Assembly (NCBI GenBank): GCA_041157865.1
Contig: JBEBCJ010000174.1
Coordinates: 1 to 44,079 of the forward strand
DNA: 44,079 nt
Reading direction: 5' to 3'
From: Bacteroidota bacterium
Lineage (GTDB): Bacteria; Bacteroidota; Ignavibacteria; Kapaibacteriales; Kapaibacteriaceae
In this document: piece after piece, positions 1 to 8,751 of the stretch
Position numbering within the stretch: the first letter of the stretch is position 1
Layout of the letters: every line of letters begins with the position of its first letter
Notes under the pieces: model-generated
Database searches by the model: none
What the model saw: the letters and a program-made list of their open reading frames with translations, nothing else
What the model was told of the DNA's origin: nothing
Position numbers and translations under genes: made by a program

Positions 1-300
1 AAGTCCATCAAGCTGCCTACTGTTATCATGGGTGATACCGCAACAACGGTGATCAACTTTCGCGGTACAAAGACAACGACAGACATCGACGCGACCAAGT
101 ATCCGGTTAGCACTGTTTACTTCGACGGTCTTGCAAACTGGACAGGTGTTTATGGGCTGACCGGCACCTTTGAGGGATGGTTCAGTGACGATGCAGCGCG
201 TGTTCCGATTAAAGCAAAGATGAAAGTCTACATTGGGTCTGTTACGCTCGAGCTTCAATCATGGAAGCGTGGGAATTGGCAGCCCCCTAAGGCGGGATAA
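1..300 (+). CDS. C-terminal fragment of a hypothetical protein (DUF3108-like tail); the 5' end lies upstream of the window
   Basis: Frame 1 is open from base 1 (KSIKLPTVIMGDT...) to TAA at 298-300. The tail ...GWFSDDAARVPIKAKMKVYIGSVTLELQS resembles the C-terminal pattern I associate with DUF3108 proteins. The stop abuts the next ATG at 301. Confidence 0.45.
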   Translation, partial: KSIKLPTVIMGDTATTVINFRGTKTTTDIDATKYPVSTVYFDGLANWTGVYGLTGTFEGWFSDDAARVPIKAKMKVYIGSVTLELQSWKRGNWQPPKAG

Positions 301-1191
301 ATGCGTGTTCTGATCATCGACGGTGGCGGCACATCTACAGATGTTGGGTTGTCCATCAATGGTGAAATTGCTGCACGCACGCTACTACCGAGCGCACGTC
401 CAAACCGAGCCGATCAACAGACAGATGAACTCTGTAGGATGATCGGCTCTTTTCTTGCTACAACGGTCATTATTGATGGAGATCGAACAGAGAGTCTTGA
501 TGCTGTGATCATTGGCATGGCCGGTGTCTGGACCCCACGCGAGCGGCATGTCTATACAGCTTCGTTTAAGGAGTCGTGGTCTGTCTATGTTGGACTTATG
601 GCAGCACAGCTAGTTGTGATGAGCGATGTAGAGCTTGTGCACTTCGCTGCATTCGGCTCAGGTGAAGGAATTGCCTTGATAGCCGGTACCGGCTCGATTG
701 CTCTCTTGAGAGATCGGCATAACGAGTTTGTTCGATCAGGGGGCTGGGGGTCAACAGTTGATGATGCTGGATCCGGAACATGGCTTGGACGGCAGGCATG
801 CCTTGCTGTTGCGCATATGCTTGATGGACGTGGGCCGGCGACCCTGTTGATACGACCAGTAGCGAACTTTCTGCGAGTCGATGCAGACTATCCCGACGAA
901 GTACGCAATGCACTTCGGGGTGCGCCACTGCAGGGGGTAGCTCGCATAGGTGCATCTGTGCTGACGTACGCAGAAGAGGGAGACGTTCTGGCACAGACCA
1001 TTCGTCTGCAGGGAGCTCACGAGTTAGCGCTGCTCTGCTCGTCTTTGATGCAACACGACGGTACTTCAATTGCAGGTTACGGGTCGCTACTGTCCAATGC
1101 CGAGTATCGCATGCTTGTCGAGAGCAGCATGGGCCAACAGCTTACACGTATTGATGATGTAATTGCTGCTATACCACAGCAGCTTCGGTGA
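301..1191 (+). CDS. BadF/BadG/BcrA/BcrD-type ATPase (N-acetylglucosamine kinase-like sugar kinase)
   Basis: N-terminal phosphate-1 motif MRVLIIDGGGTSTDVG. Further ASKHA-fold motifs are GIALIAGTGSIAL and SGGWGSTVDDAGSGTWLGRQA, typical of the BadF/NagK-like family. The ATG directly follows the upstream stop. Confidence 0.8.
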   Translation: MRVLIIDGGGTSTDVGLSINGEIAARTLLPSARPNRADQQTDELCRMIGSFLATTVIIDGDRTESLDAVIIGMAGVWTPRERHVYTASFKESWSVYVGLMAAQLVVMSDVELVHFAAFGSGEGIALIAGTGSIALLRDRHNEFVRSGGWGSTVDDAGSGTWLGRQACLAVAHMLDGRGPATLLIRPVANFLRVDADYPDEVRNALRGAPLQGVARIGASVLTYAEEGDVLAQTIRLQGAHELALLCSSLMQHDGTSIAGYGSLLSNAEYRMLVESSMGQQLTRIDDVIAAIPQQLR

Positions 1192-2107
1192 TCACCAGAT
1201 CACACGTATCAGCCGAAAGTTGCGCACGTACGCCAAATGGCAATGTGAACTTGGTTTGCTCATGACCGTACATCAGATTCGATACTACTGGTCCGCGCGT
1301 AAGATCAAGACGCTCTTGCAGAACTTCGCTGATCTCTCTGTGCGGAGTTGTTCCTTGCTGACGTGAATCCTGTGACCAAAAACCGTACGCTATGCCAGAA
1401 GGGCGGGCGCGCTTTGTTGCAAGGGCAAGGTGTGTAAGCATGCGATCAATGCGATAGGTTGCCTCGCCGATGTCCTCAAGGGCAAGAATGGATCCCCGCA
1501 GTGAAGGCATGTACTCGGTTCCAAGTATGCTGGTGAGTACACTTAGGTTCCCGCCAAGTAGCACGCCCTGTGCATGACCTTGTTGAAGACGCGTAAGCGT
1601 CCACGGCTGCTTGAGCTTGCCAAGTGGTTTCTTAGACGAGAGCAGGCGCCAGAACTGTTCCTCTGATATCTCGTTGAATCCATCGGCCATGTCTACGCTC
1701 GGCATTGCCCCGCTGAAGGTAACCAGTCTGGATTGTTTCCAGATAGCCAGCTGCAGCGACGTGACATCGCTGAATCCAACAAAGATCTTAGGGTTCTTGC
1801 GAACCAACGCATAATCGATCAATGGCAGTAAGCGTGCGCACCCGTAGCCCCCTCGAGCACAAAAAATGGCATCAATAGAATCGTCGCCAAACATTGTGTT
1901 GATGTCACGTGCGCGGTCCTTGTCTGCCCCGGCCAGATAACCGCCGTATGAACCCAATACATGCTTGCCTAGTTTGACGTGGTAGCCAAGTGATTCGAGG
2001 TAGGCAACTCCACGATGCAGACGGGCCTCGTCGCGCTGCGGAGACGACGGAGAGATAATGCCGATGGTGGCCTTCTTGCGCAGTGCACGTGGACGTATTA
2101 CCCTCAT
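1169..2107 (-). CDS. ldcA: LD-carboxypeptidase (muramoyltetrapeptide carboxypeptidase, peptidase S66)
   Basis: MRVIRPRALRKKATIGIISPSSP..., catalytic-region motifs IFCARGGYGCARLL and VGFSDVTSL, and EDIGEATYRIDRML...L. I chose the start at the third in-frame ATG (2107) because it gives the family-typical N-terminus. The longer ORF reaching 2206 would run over the divergent gene. Confidence 0.85.
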   Translation of the reverse strand: MRVIRPRALRKKATIGIISPSSPQRDEARLHRGVAYLESLGYHVKLGKHVLGSYGGYLAGADKDRARDINTMFGDDSIDAIFCARGGYGCARLLPLIDYALVRKNPKIFVGFSDVTSLQLAIWKQSRLVTFSGAMPSVDMADGFNEISEEQFWRLLSSKKPLGKLKQPWTLTRLQQGHAQGVLLGGNLSVLTSILGTEYMPSLRGSILALEDIGEATYRIDRMLTHLALATKRARPSGIAYGFWSQDSRQQGTTPHREISEVLQERLDLTRGPVVSNLMYGHEQTKFTLPFGVRAQLSADTCDLVITEAAVV

Positions 2108-2142
2108 GGAACTCAAGATGGGTAATTTGCGCTCTTGATACA

Positions 2143-4683
2143 ATGAGAATTCTCGCATCGATCTTGGCTCTGGCGTTACTTCTGTGTTCACCACCTGCGT
2201 GGACACAACGTCCCGTAGCTTGTGAGCAGGTCTCCGGCATCATAAATAGCTATGAGGCCGTTGCAGGAATCTATCCGTGTCTGCGGGCAGTAACAACGGC
2301 AAACCCTTCAGGCCTTGCTGCCGGTAACAGAGTTGTCATGATTCAAATGAAGGGGGCCGGCATTGTCGAATCCCTAGATTCTGCGTTTGGCGAACTTCTC
2401 TCGTTGAATGGGGCCGGTGCGGCAGAGTATCTCGAGGTGGAGCGTGTCAGTGCAGACACTGTAGTGTTTACAACACCATGGGTGCATGAGTATCATCTTT
2501 CGGGCCACGTGCAGCTTGTGCGTGTAGCCGTCTATCAGGATGTACAGATCGTGGGAACCGTGTATGCCAAATCATGGAACGGATCAACGGGCGGCGTGAT
2601 TGCTATTGACGCAAATAGGGTGCTAACCCTGGATGCGGATATCGAGGCGAGTGGTGTTGGGTTTCGTGGCGGACGTTATTCGTTACAGAAAGATACATGT
2701 GGCACGTCGGTCTGGAGCGCCTCATACCAAAGTGGTGCAGGCGGCGAAAAAGGAGAGGGAATCTGGATAGCCAGTTCTGATCTGGCCTCTGGACGAGCTA
2801 ATCCGGCAAATGGCGCCGGAGGCGGCAATGGCGCTAACGCTGGTGGGGGTGGTGGTGGCAACGGCGGCCGAGGGGGTCAGGGAGGTGATGCGAACTCGTG
2901 GTGCAACCCATATCAAAATGCTGGTGGCCGCGGAGGCGCCTCACTGGCTGCAGCTGTGATGCGTCAGCACTTCTTCATGGGCGGCGGCGGCGGTGGTGCC
3001 CATCAAAACAATCAGCAAGGGACCAATGGTAGCGCCGGTGGAGGTATAGTATTTCTGCGCGCACAAACATTACTTGTAAACAAGGGTGCAATTAGGAGTA
3101 GGGGGCTTTCCGTAGCCGATACGTCTGCGTGGAAGAATGGTGCAGCACAACAGCCTGGCGATGGCGCAGGCGGTGCTGGTGCAGGCGGCACCATTATTAT
3201 TGATGCAGATGTGATAACGGGTCTGTTGGTAGCCGATGTCCAAGGTGGTAATGGTGGGAATCAAGGCGCACGTTACCAGTCCAATGGTCCTGGTGGAGGC
3301 GGCGCAGGCGGCGTTGTTGTGCTTACAAAGAATCATGCGGGAGTAAAGCCCCTTATCGCTGGCGGCAAGCCTGGCGTACATGTTAGTCCAGAGACCGGTA
3401 GCGCTGTCTATAACAGTCCATGGGGCGCTACGGCAGGTGATTCCGGAAGCGTAATTGCACCATTTCAATGGAAGAGTTTTTCGCGCATTACTCTGCAGGT
3501 ACAGGGGCGCACAACATTTTGTTATGGCGATTCTGTTTTGCTTGCCGCAACGCCTGGATTTCTGCGCTATCAATGGAATACTGGCGAAACAACGTCGTCG
3601 ATCGTCGTTCGATCAGCAGGCTCCTACACGGTAAACGTTACCGACAGTAGCGGATGCAGCGATCAACGTGCAGCTATAACAGTAGATCAACTCCCGCGCT
3701 GGCCGTTGTTTGCGAACAGCGCAATAGACTTTGGTGTGATTGAAATTGGAAGCATCTCACGAGCTACAACTTGGATGAAGCACTCAGGAGAAGGTTCGGT
3801 AACGATCACCGGAATCAGGCCGCCGCTAGGCGTTAGACTGATCAGACCAACTGTGTTTCCATTTGACATAGCACGGGACAGCGTTGAAATCGAGCTTGAG
3901 ATAGTCGGGTCAGTAGATGCCACGATCAATGATTCACTCGAGGTAGTTGTTGAGCAGCCATGTGCTGGTGTGCGTTATGTTCCGGTCAAAGCAATGATCA
4001 ACGCCGAGCATGCATTTGTTATCGGTGGAAAGGTCTCAGCAAAGGCAGGCATGACAGATGTAGCAGTGCCTATCAGTTTTCAGCATGACTCGCCAACACC
4101 AGAGATACTGGGGGCACGCGCACGGATTCATGTGCGTATGGATGCGCGCCTCTATATGCCTACTGGTGTAACAAATGGGAGCATTGTTTCATCTGTTCGT
4201 GACACTGTGCTCAAGACTCATGATTTAACGATCGATGTCGATGGTATCAACATTACTCGTGTTCCGTCGGTCTGTACACACATACTCGGCATGACGCTGC
4301 TTGCCCCTTATGATTCCAGCAAGGTGAGCATCGACAGTGTCGAATGGATACAGATCTCACGAACACCCCGTATCTCCAAGCTACACGGCGAGCTAGTGGT
4401 ACGCGCAATCTGCTCGCCGGGTGAACGACCGATAGTGCTTCTCGATAGTCCTATCATTCGCATTAGGCCGATTCCGGCATCTACCGAGGTAACAGTGGAT
4501 GTGAATGAAAGCATTGCAGGCTTTCGTTCAGCTAGCATTGTCGACATGCAAGGGCGCAGCGTGCTTGATGCCGCAACGAATAAGACCATCAGTCTTGCTG
4601 GTCTTGCAGATGGTGTATATACCATCATTGTAACAACAACCGCAGGACAATGGGTTAGCCCCTTGGTTATTGCAAACAACTAG
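2143..4683 (+). CDS. Secreted glycine-rich repeat protein with Ig-like and cohesin-like modules and a T9SS C-terminal sorting domain
   Basis: Signal peptide MRILASILALALLLCSPPAWTQ at the ATG at 2143; the track ORF begins at an upstream GTG (2083). Gly/Asn/Ala-rich tracts run from about 2640 to 3330 (GGGNGANAGGGGGGNGGRGGQGG, GDGAGGAGAGGTIIID, GGNGGNQG, GPGGGGAGGVVVL). The TFCYGDSVLLAATPG...YQWNTGETT...VTDSSGCS module is common in Bacteroidota surface proteins. The C-terminal ...ISLAGLADGVYTIIVTTTAGQWVSPLVI matches the T9SS CTD pattern. Confidence 0.8.
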   Translation: MRILASILALALLLCSPPAWTQRPVACEQVSGIINSYEAVAGIYPCLRAVTTANPSGLAAGNRVVMIQMKGAGIVESLDSAFGELLSLNGAGAAEYLEVERVSADTVVFTTPWVHEYHLSGHVQLVRVAVYQDVQIVGTVYAKSWNGSTGGVIAIDANRVLTLDADIEASGVGFRGGRYSLQKDTCGTSVWSASYQSGAGGEKGEGIWIASSDLASGRANPANGAGGGNGANAGGGGGGNGGRGGQGGDANSWCNPYQNAGGRGGASLAAAVMRQHFFMGGGGGGAHQNNQQGTNGSAGGGIVFLRAQTLLVNKGAIRSRGLSVADTSAWKNGAAQQPGDGAGGAGAGGTIIIDADVITGLLVADVQGGNGGNQGARYQSNGPGGGGAGGVVVLTKNHAGVKPLIAGGKPGVHVSPETGSAVYNSPWGATAGDSGSVIAPFQWKSFSRITLQVQGRTTFCYGDSVLLAATPGFLRYQWNTGETTSSIVVRSAGSYTVNVTDSSGCSDQRAAITVDQLPRWPLFANSAIDFGVIEIGSISRATTWMKHSGEGSVTITGIRPPLGVRLIRPTVFPFDIARDSVEIELEIVGSVDATINDSLEVVVEQPCAGVRYVPVKAMINAEHAFVIGGKVSAKAGMTDVAVPISFQHDSPTPEILGARARIHVRMDARLYMPTGVTNGSIVSSVRDTVLKTHDLTIDVDGINITRVPSVCTHILGMTLLAPYDSSKVSIDSVEWIQISRTPRISKLHGELVVRAICSPGERPIVLLDSPIIRIRPIPASTEVTVDVNESIAGFRSASIVDMQGRSVLDAATNKTISLAGLADGVYTIIVTTTAGQWVSPLVIANN

Positions 4684-4685
4684 TA

Positions 4686-4706
4686 CCTCGTACCTTTTTT
4701 ACGAGG
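4686..4706. terminator. Possible hairpin between convergent genes (weak terminator candidate)
   Basis: cctcgta (4686-4692), loop ccttttt, tacgagg (4700-4706), giving a 7-bp perfect stem. It sits 3 nt after the + gene stop and overlaps the last codons of kmo. There is no clean U-tract after the stem on either strand. Confidence 0.3.
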
Positions 4707-6075
4707 GCGATCCCGATGCAATGTGCATATCCGGACGTGACTCGATGATGTCTCGTATAGCCTGACGTGCCTCATCCGATGTCCAGTCGTTGATGACCGA
4801 CGGAATGGACATGATCTGCTCCATGAGCACGTCCTGTTCGCGCCCTATGCGCAATGCCTCGTTGTAGGGTATGTGTGCTGAGAACGTAACCATGGTATAG
4901 AGCGGGATGAGTTTTTGCGGATACTGCTCGTGTATCCATGCTTCGATCTTCTTTCGCCACAGAAACCGCGCATCAGCAACCTTATCGCGCATCTCAACAA
5001 AATTGTCAAGAGCCAGTTCTGCTATGGCATCGCCAGCGGGCTTCCGCAGTTTAGCATATGAATCTAATGCTTCGGACCAGTTGCCATTGTGATGGTCGAG
5101 GCATTCAATTAAAATGCTGCAGTCTTCGAATCCGCAATTCATGCCTTGGCCGTAAAACGGTACGATGGCATGGGCAGCATCTCCGATGAGCGCGACCTTA
5201 TTGTTTATCACCCATGGACTGCATCGAACAGTAACCAGAGATGATTCTGGATTGGTAAAGAAATCATCGAGTAGACTTGGCATCAATGGAACTGCATTCG
5301 GAAACTCCTGGTCAAAGAATGACGCAACATCTTCCCTCGTTTTTAGCTCTTGGAATGAAGGAGAGCCATTGTGTGCGAAGAACAGCGTAAGCGTGAAAGA
5401 TCCATCGGGGTTAGGCAGGCCGATCATCATAAAGTTGCGACGCGGCCAAATGTGCAACACATTCTTCTCAAGCTGAAAGGCCCCGCTTTCATCAGCCGGG
5501 ATGTGAAGTTCCTTATATCCGTGGTCGATGTATGACTGCGAATAGTTGAATCGGTCTCGCTGCTGGAGTCTGCTTCGTACTGCACTAAATGCGCCGTCTG
5601 CACCAAAAAGTACATCGGCATCTGCCTTGATGATCTGACCATCAGGAAGCTCAAAGGTGGCACTTGCCGAATCTACGTTTATGTCTGTGCATTTCGCATT
5701 AAAGATGATCTCGACACCGTGGCGTTCAGCGGCACTCATCAAGACCTTGTTCAATTCCCCACGAGACACACTGTTGATGAACTGGCCATCCTTACCATAG
5801 GGTTGATATGTCTGCACGCCCTGTTTATCGTGCATCATTCGACCGTGCATGGGAATCGCAATTGACCGTATATCGTCGGCTAGGCCAGCGGTTTCTAATG
5901 CGCGGAGCCCACGATCAGACATGGCGAGATTGATAGAGCGTCCAGCATAACCCGAAGACGTTCTCATATCTGGCCGGCGCTCGAAGATGCGAACACTGTA
6001 ACCCCGCTTTGCCAGAACAGTGCCAAGCAGCGAACCAACTAAACCTGCACCAACGATCGTGATGTGTTGTGACAT
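4699..6075 (-). CDS. kmo: Kynurenine 3-monooxygenase (FAD-dependent)
   Basis: Rossmann motif ITIVGAGLVGSLLGTVLAKRGYSVRIFERRPDMR. GRSINLAMSDRGLRALE and the LIGDAAHAIVPFYGQGMNCGFEDC FAD-binding motif are collinear with eukaryotic and bacterial KMO as I remember them. Confidence 0.9.
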   Translation of the reverse strand: MSQHITIVGAGLVGSLLGTVLAKRGYSVRIFERRPDMRTSSGYAGRSINLAMSDRGLRALETAGLADDIRSIAIPMHGRMMHDKQGVQTYQPYGKDGQFINSVSRGELNKVLMSAAERHGVEIIFNAKCTDINVDSASATFELPDGQIIKADADVLFGADGAFSAVRSRLQQRDRFNYSQSYIDHGYKELHIPADESGAFQLEKNVLHIWPRRNFMMIGLPNPDGSFTLTLFFAHNGSPSFQELKTREDVASFFDQEFPNAVPLMPSLLDDFFTNPESSLVTVRCSPWVINNKVALIGDAAHAIVPFYGQGMNCGFEDCSILIECLDHHNGNWSEALDSYAKLRKPAGDAIAELALDNFVEMRDKVADARFLWRKKIEAWIHEQYPQKLIPLYTMVTFSAHIPYNEALRIGREQDVLMEQIMSIPSVINDWTSDEARQAIRDIIESRPDMHIASGSPS

Positions 6076-6111
6076 AATGATGAAACCCTTCAGGATGTAA
6101 TGATTGCCGTA

Positions 6112-6669
6112 TTAAAAGTTAAACTCGGGGTCGCCCACCAAGATCGATCCGCGACGGGGCAGACCAATCAACACCCACTCGGTTAACGGCAGCGCAGTGC
6201 GTTGGTGACCCAGCCGTGTGTGATGGATCACCAGATCAAACCACGAGGCATCTTGTCGAACCTCGAAAAGAAATGGTTTGCCAATGGGAAGGGGTGTGTA
6301 GTACGTGGTTGTGTCAGGCCCGTTGAATAATGTGGTTGAGTCTGCAGATAACACCAGCATTACCCCTCTGTATTTGTGTACAGAATCATCAAATGGCGTT
6401 GTACGGAATTGAACCACGATTGGTTCGGCCGTGCTACGGATGATCTCTGTAGAGAACAATAGTTCAGTGTAGCGTTGTCCGCGCAATCCAACCATACTCG
6501 GTCCGCTCAGACGCACTGCGTTTGCAGCTGTTCTCTGAATACTGTCTGCATTCACAAGCTTAACAACCTGCGTGGGCAGCAGCGAAAAATCATGCATCGT
6601 AAACTTTGTTGTGTTGCATGATGCAAGAACTAACGACAGTATTACGGCAACACATATCGCTCTATTCAT
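6112..6669 (-). CDS. Hypothetical lipoprotein (185 aa)
   Basis: The internal ATG at 6669 gives MNRAICVAVILSLVLASC, a signal peptide plus lipobox. It overlaps the upstream stop by 8 nt (ATGAATAG). The longer ORF reaching 6870 would overlap the upstream gene by about 200 nt. Confidence 0.6.
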   Translation of the reverse strand: MNRAICVAVILSLVLASCNTTKFTMHDFSLLPTQVVKLVNADSIQRTAANAVRLSGPSMVGLRGQRYTELLFSTEIIRSTAEPIVVQFRTTPFDDSVHKYRGVMLVLSADSTTLFNGPDTTTYYTPLPIGKPFLFEVRQDASWFDLVIHHTRLGHQRTALPLTEWVLIGLPRRGSILVGDPEFNF

Positions 6670-8101
6670 GGGGATAGCCTTTGCCATAGCGGAGTTCGTC
6701 GCGATGAAAAAGTCTGTCGTACAAGCTTGCACCGATGCCGATGTAGAGAGCCTTGAAATTCGGATCTGCGGCCGTTGGCTTACCATAGCGGTCGCTAATG
6801 AACGAATAGCCCTTACCTTCCAGGCCGGGGATGGATGATCCGGTGTTTCCCTGCACGTAGCCTGCAACAAGCTGCAGACTGAGCTGATCGCTAAGTGCGA
6901 TTGCTGTCTTTACACCGATATGGGCAAATGATGAAGGGGCGTATGCAACCTCGAAGAACGGCTCGATGCGTAGATCACGTCGAAACGGAAACCAGTGGTA
7001 GGTGAAGCGTATTGGAAGAACAGCTATGCCATACTCCGATGGACCAAGCATGAGGGCTTCGACCAGCGACGTGCCGACCGAGAGATGATAGTTCCATACC
7101 GGCAGCGCCAAATCTGCCGTAGCAAATCGCAGCGTCCCACCTTTGATGATAGGTGCGGCATCCCCTGTAAGTTGAGGAGCCAAGAACGAGCGTTCAGCAT
7201 CGCTGCCCGCAAATGTGAAATCAAGTGCGCCGATCTCCCAAGCCGAATGTTCGTGATACTTCCATTCTGTCTCTGTTTCTTCTTCGCGATTAAGAAAATC
7301 GAGAGTTGAGATGCCGATTCCAAAGTATGGGAAGTCAATGGTGTTGTATGCTGTAGTGCGCGTGCGCCTATCTCTCTGGAATGTTCCACCAAATGCATAG
7401 CCAACATATGTGCGCAGGTTCATTCCGCCGATGCTGCCAAGATCTGCAGAAACACTTGCATTAACGTACTGATCTGGGAATGCGGCTAGCGATATCGATG
7501 GACGTATGGCAAAGTATGGGATCTTCTTTCGGTGATAGAATCGCTTAGATAGAGTTACAACCCCCATTCCAGATAGGTTGTGATCCGCATCTGCGTTGAT
7601 GCTCTCATATGCCGTTACGCCCCACGTCCAGTCTGGCGAATTACCAAACAACGGCAGCTTCCATTCAGCAATTCCGATTCGATAAATATGTCCATCAAAA
7701 ATCTGTGTTGTTGAATCGCTCTCGTTGCCGAACAACAGATCATTGATATTGTAGAACAGGCCGAATGCGCCACGGTTTGTGCTGCTTGATCCACTTATAG
7801 ATGAACCAATTGTACTGATGCCCTCGAACAATCCGAGTCTTATGAATGCTGGATACTCGCGCACCGCCACGCTGTCGTACCGCGAAATATCACGGTCCTT
7901 CGTCTCCGTCGTGGTAGACGGAAAGATGATGCCGTTGTCGCGCTCCCCTGGTGCATTACGAACACGGGTGGTAACTGTGGTGTCCAGTTCGATCTTCGTG
8001 TAGACGTCGCGCTCAACGCGGGTTATGTTGCCGCAACCCTCAAGTAACATCGTTGCAAAGAGCACGCCGAGTATCAATCGCATCTGCATTGTGTATTTCA
8101 T
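6662..8101 (-). CDS. Hypothetical lipoprotein, probable outer-membrane beta-rich protein (479 aa)
   Basis: MKYTMQMRLILGVLFATMLLEGC is a signal peptide plus lipobox. The body has many alternating hydrophobic/polar, aromatic- and Gly-rich segments. The start overlaps the upstream stop as ATGA (8098-8101). I recognise no family. Confidence 0.65.
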   Translation of the reverse strand: MKYTMQMRLILGVLFATMLLEGCGNITRVERDVYTKIELDTTVTTRVRNAPGERDNGIIFPSTTTETKDRDISRYDSVAVREYPAFIRLGLFEGISTIGSSISGSSSTNRGAFGLFYNINDLLFGNESDSTTQIFDGHIYRIGIAEWKLPLFGNSPDWTWGVTAYESINADADHNLSGMGVVTLSKRFYHRKKIPYFAIRPSISLAAFPDQYVNASVSADLGSIGGMNLRTYVGYAFGGTFQRDRRTRTTAYNTIDFPYFGIGISTLDFLNREEETETEWKYHEHSAWEIGALDFTFAGSDAERSFLAPQLTGDAAPIIKGGTLRFATADLALPVWNYHLSVGTSLVEALMLGPSEYGIAVLPIRFTYHWFPFRRDLRIEPFFEVAYAPSSFAHIGVKTAIALSDQLSLQLVAGYVQGNTGSSIPGLEGKGYSFISDRYGKPTAADPNFKALYIGIGASLYDRLFHRDELRYGKGYPHE

Positions 8102-8751
8102 ACAAATCGCGTTGTTAGCGTTACGAGATTGTTCAGCGAAGCCTTGGCTATCTGTCCAGCACGAACAGGGCCCACGCCCTCGGGAGTTCCAGTAAAGATG
8201 CAGTCTCCTGCACGGAGTGTAAAGACTGATGCCAGATAGGATACGAGCTGTTCTACGGACCGCTCCATGACAGCCGTACTCGACTGTTGTCGAATCTCAC
8301 CGTCGACTTTTAGCTGCAACTCCCAAGGGCCTCTTCCACATGTATGTGATGGTACTACAGCACCGCATGGAGCCGAGCCAGCCCAAGATTTCGCAACCGC
8401 CCATGGGTGGCCATTCGCCTTTGCGGCAGACTGCACATCACGTGCCGTAAGGTCGATGCCGACAGTTATGCCAGCTATATGGCGCCATGCATCTTCGACT
8501 CGGCAGCCTGCAGTGTCTTGTCCGATCACAACTACAAGCTCCACCTCGTGATGCACATCTTGAGAAAATGACGGGAGCGCTACGTCAGCATTGTCGCTTC
8601 TGAATGCGGCAGGGGGCTTGAGAAACACAATCGGGTCTGCCACGATCTCTGCGCCCATCTCGCGGGCATGAGCTGCATAGTTGCGCCCGATGCAATACAT
8701 CGTTCCAACAGGAAGACTTGTGCCGTCTATAAACTGCCAGGATGTTGTCAT
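8098..8751 (-). CDS. Fumarylacetoacetate hydrolase (FAH) family protein
   Basis: YCIGRNYAAHAREMG...PIVFLKP, HHEVELVVVIG, the DLTARD region and GDCIFTGTPEGVGPV are characteristic of the FAH/YcgM-like fold. It has ATGA overlaps at both ends. Confidence 0.85.
   Translation of the reverse strand: MTTSWQFIDGTSLPVGTMYCIGRNYAAHAREMGAEIVADPIVFLKPPAAFRSDNADVALPSFSQDVHHEVELVVVIGQDTAGCRVEDAWRHIAGITVGIDLTARDVQSAAKANGHPWAVAKSWAGSAPCGAVVPSHTCGRGPWELQLKVDGEIRQQSSTAVMERSVEQLVSYLASVFTLRAGDCIFTGTPEGVGPVRAGQIAKASLNNLVTLTTRFV

Noticed and set aside
2640-3330. GC-rich GGN-repeat DNA that might be a tandem repeat or CRISPR-like array
   Set aside because: There is no fixed period and no repeat-spacer organisation. 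It is irregular glycine-codon-rich coding sequence within a long open frame. The antisense Pro-rich ORFs (2676-2861, 3012-3194 and others) are artefacts of it.
6670-6870. Upstream extension of the small lipoprotein ORF (252-aa version)
   Set aside because: It would overlap the preceding 479-aa gene by about 200 nt and places the signal peptide 67 residues inside the protein. The internal ATG at 6669 gives a canonical lipoprotein N-terminus.
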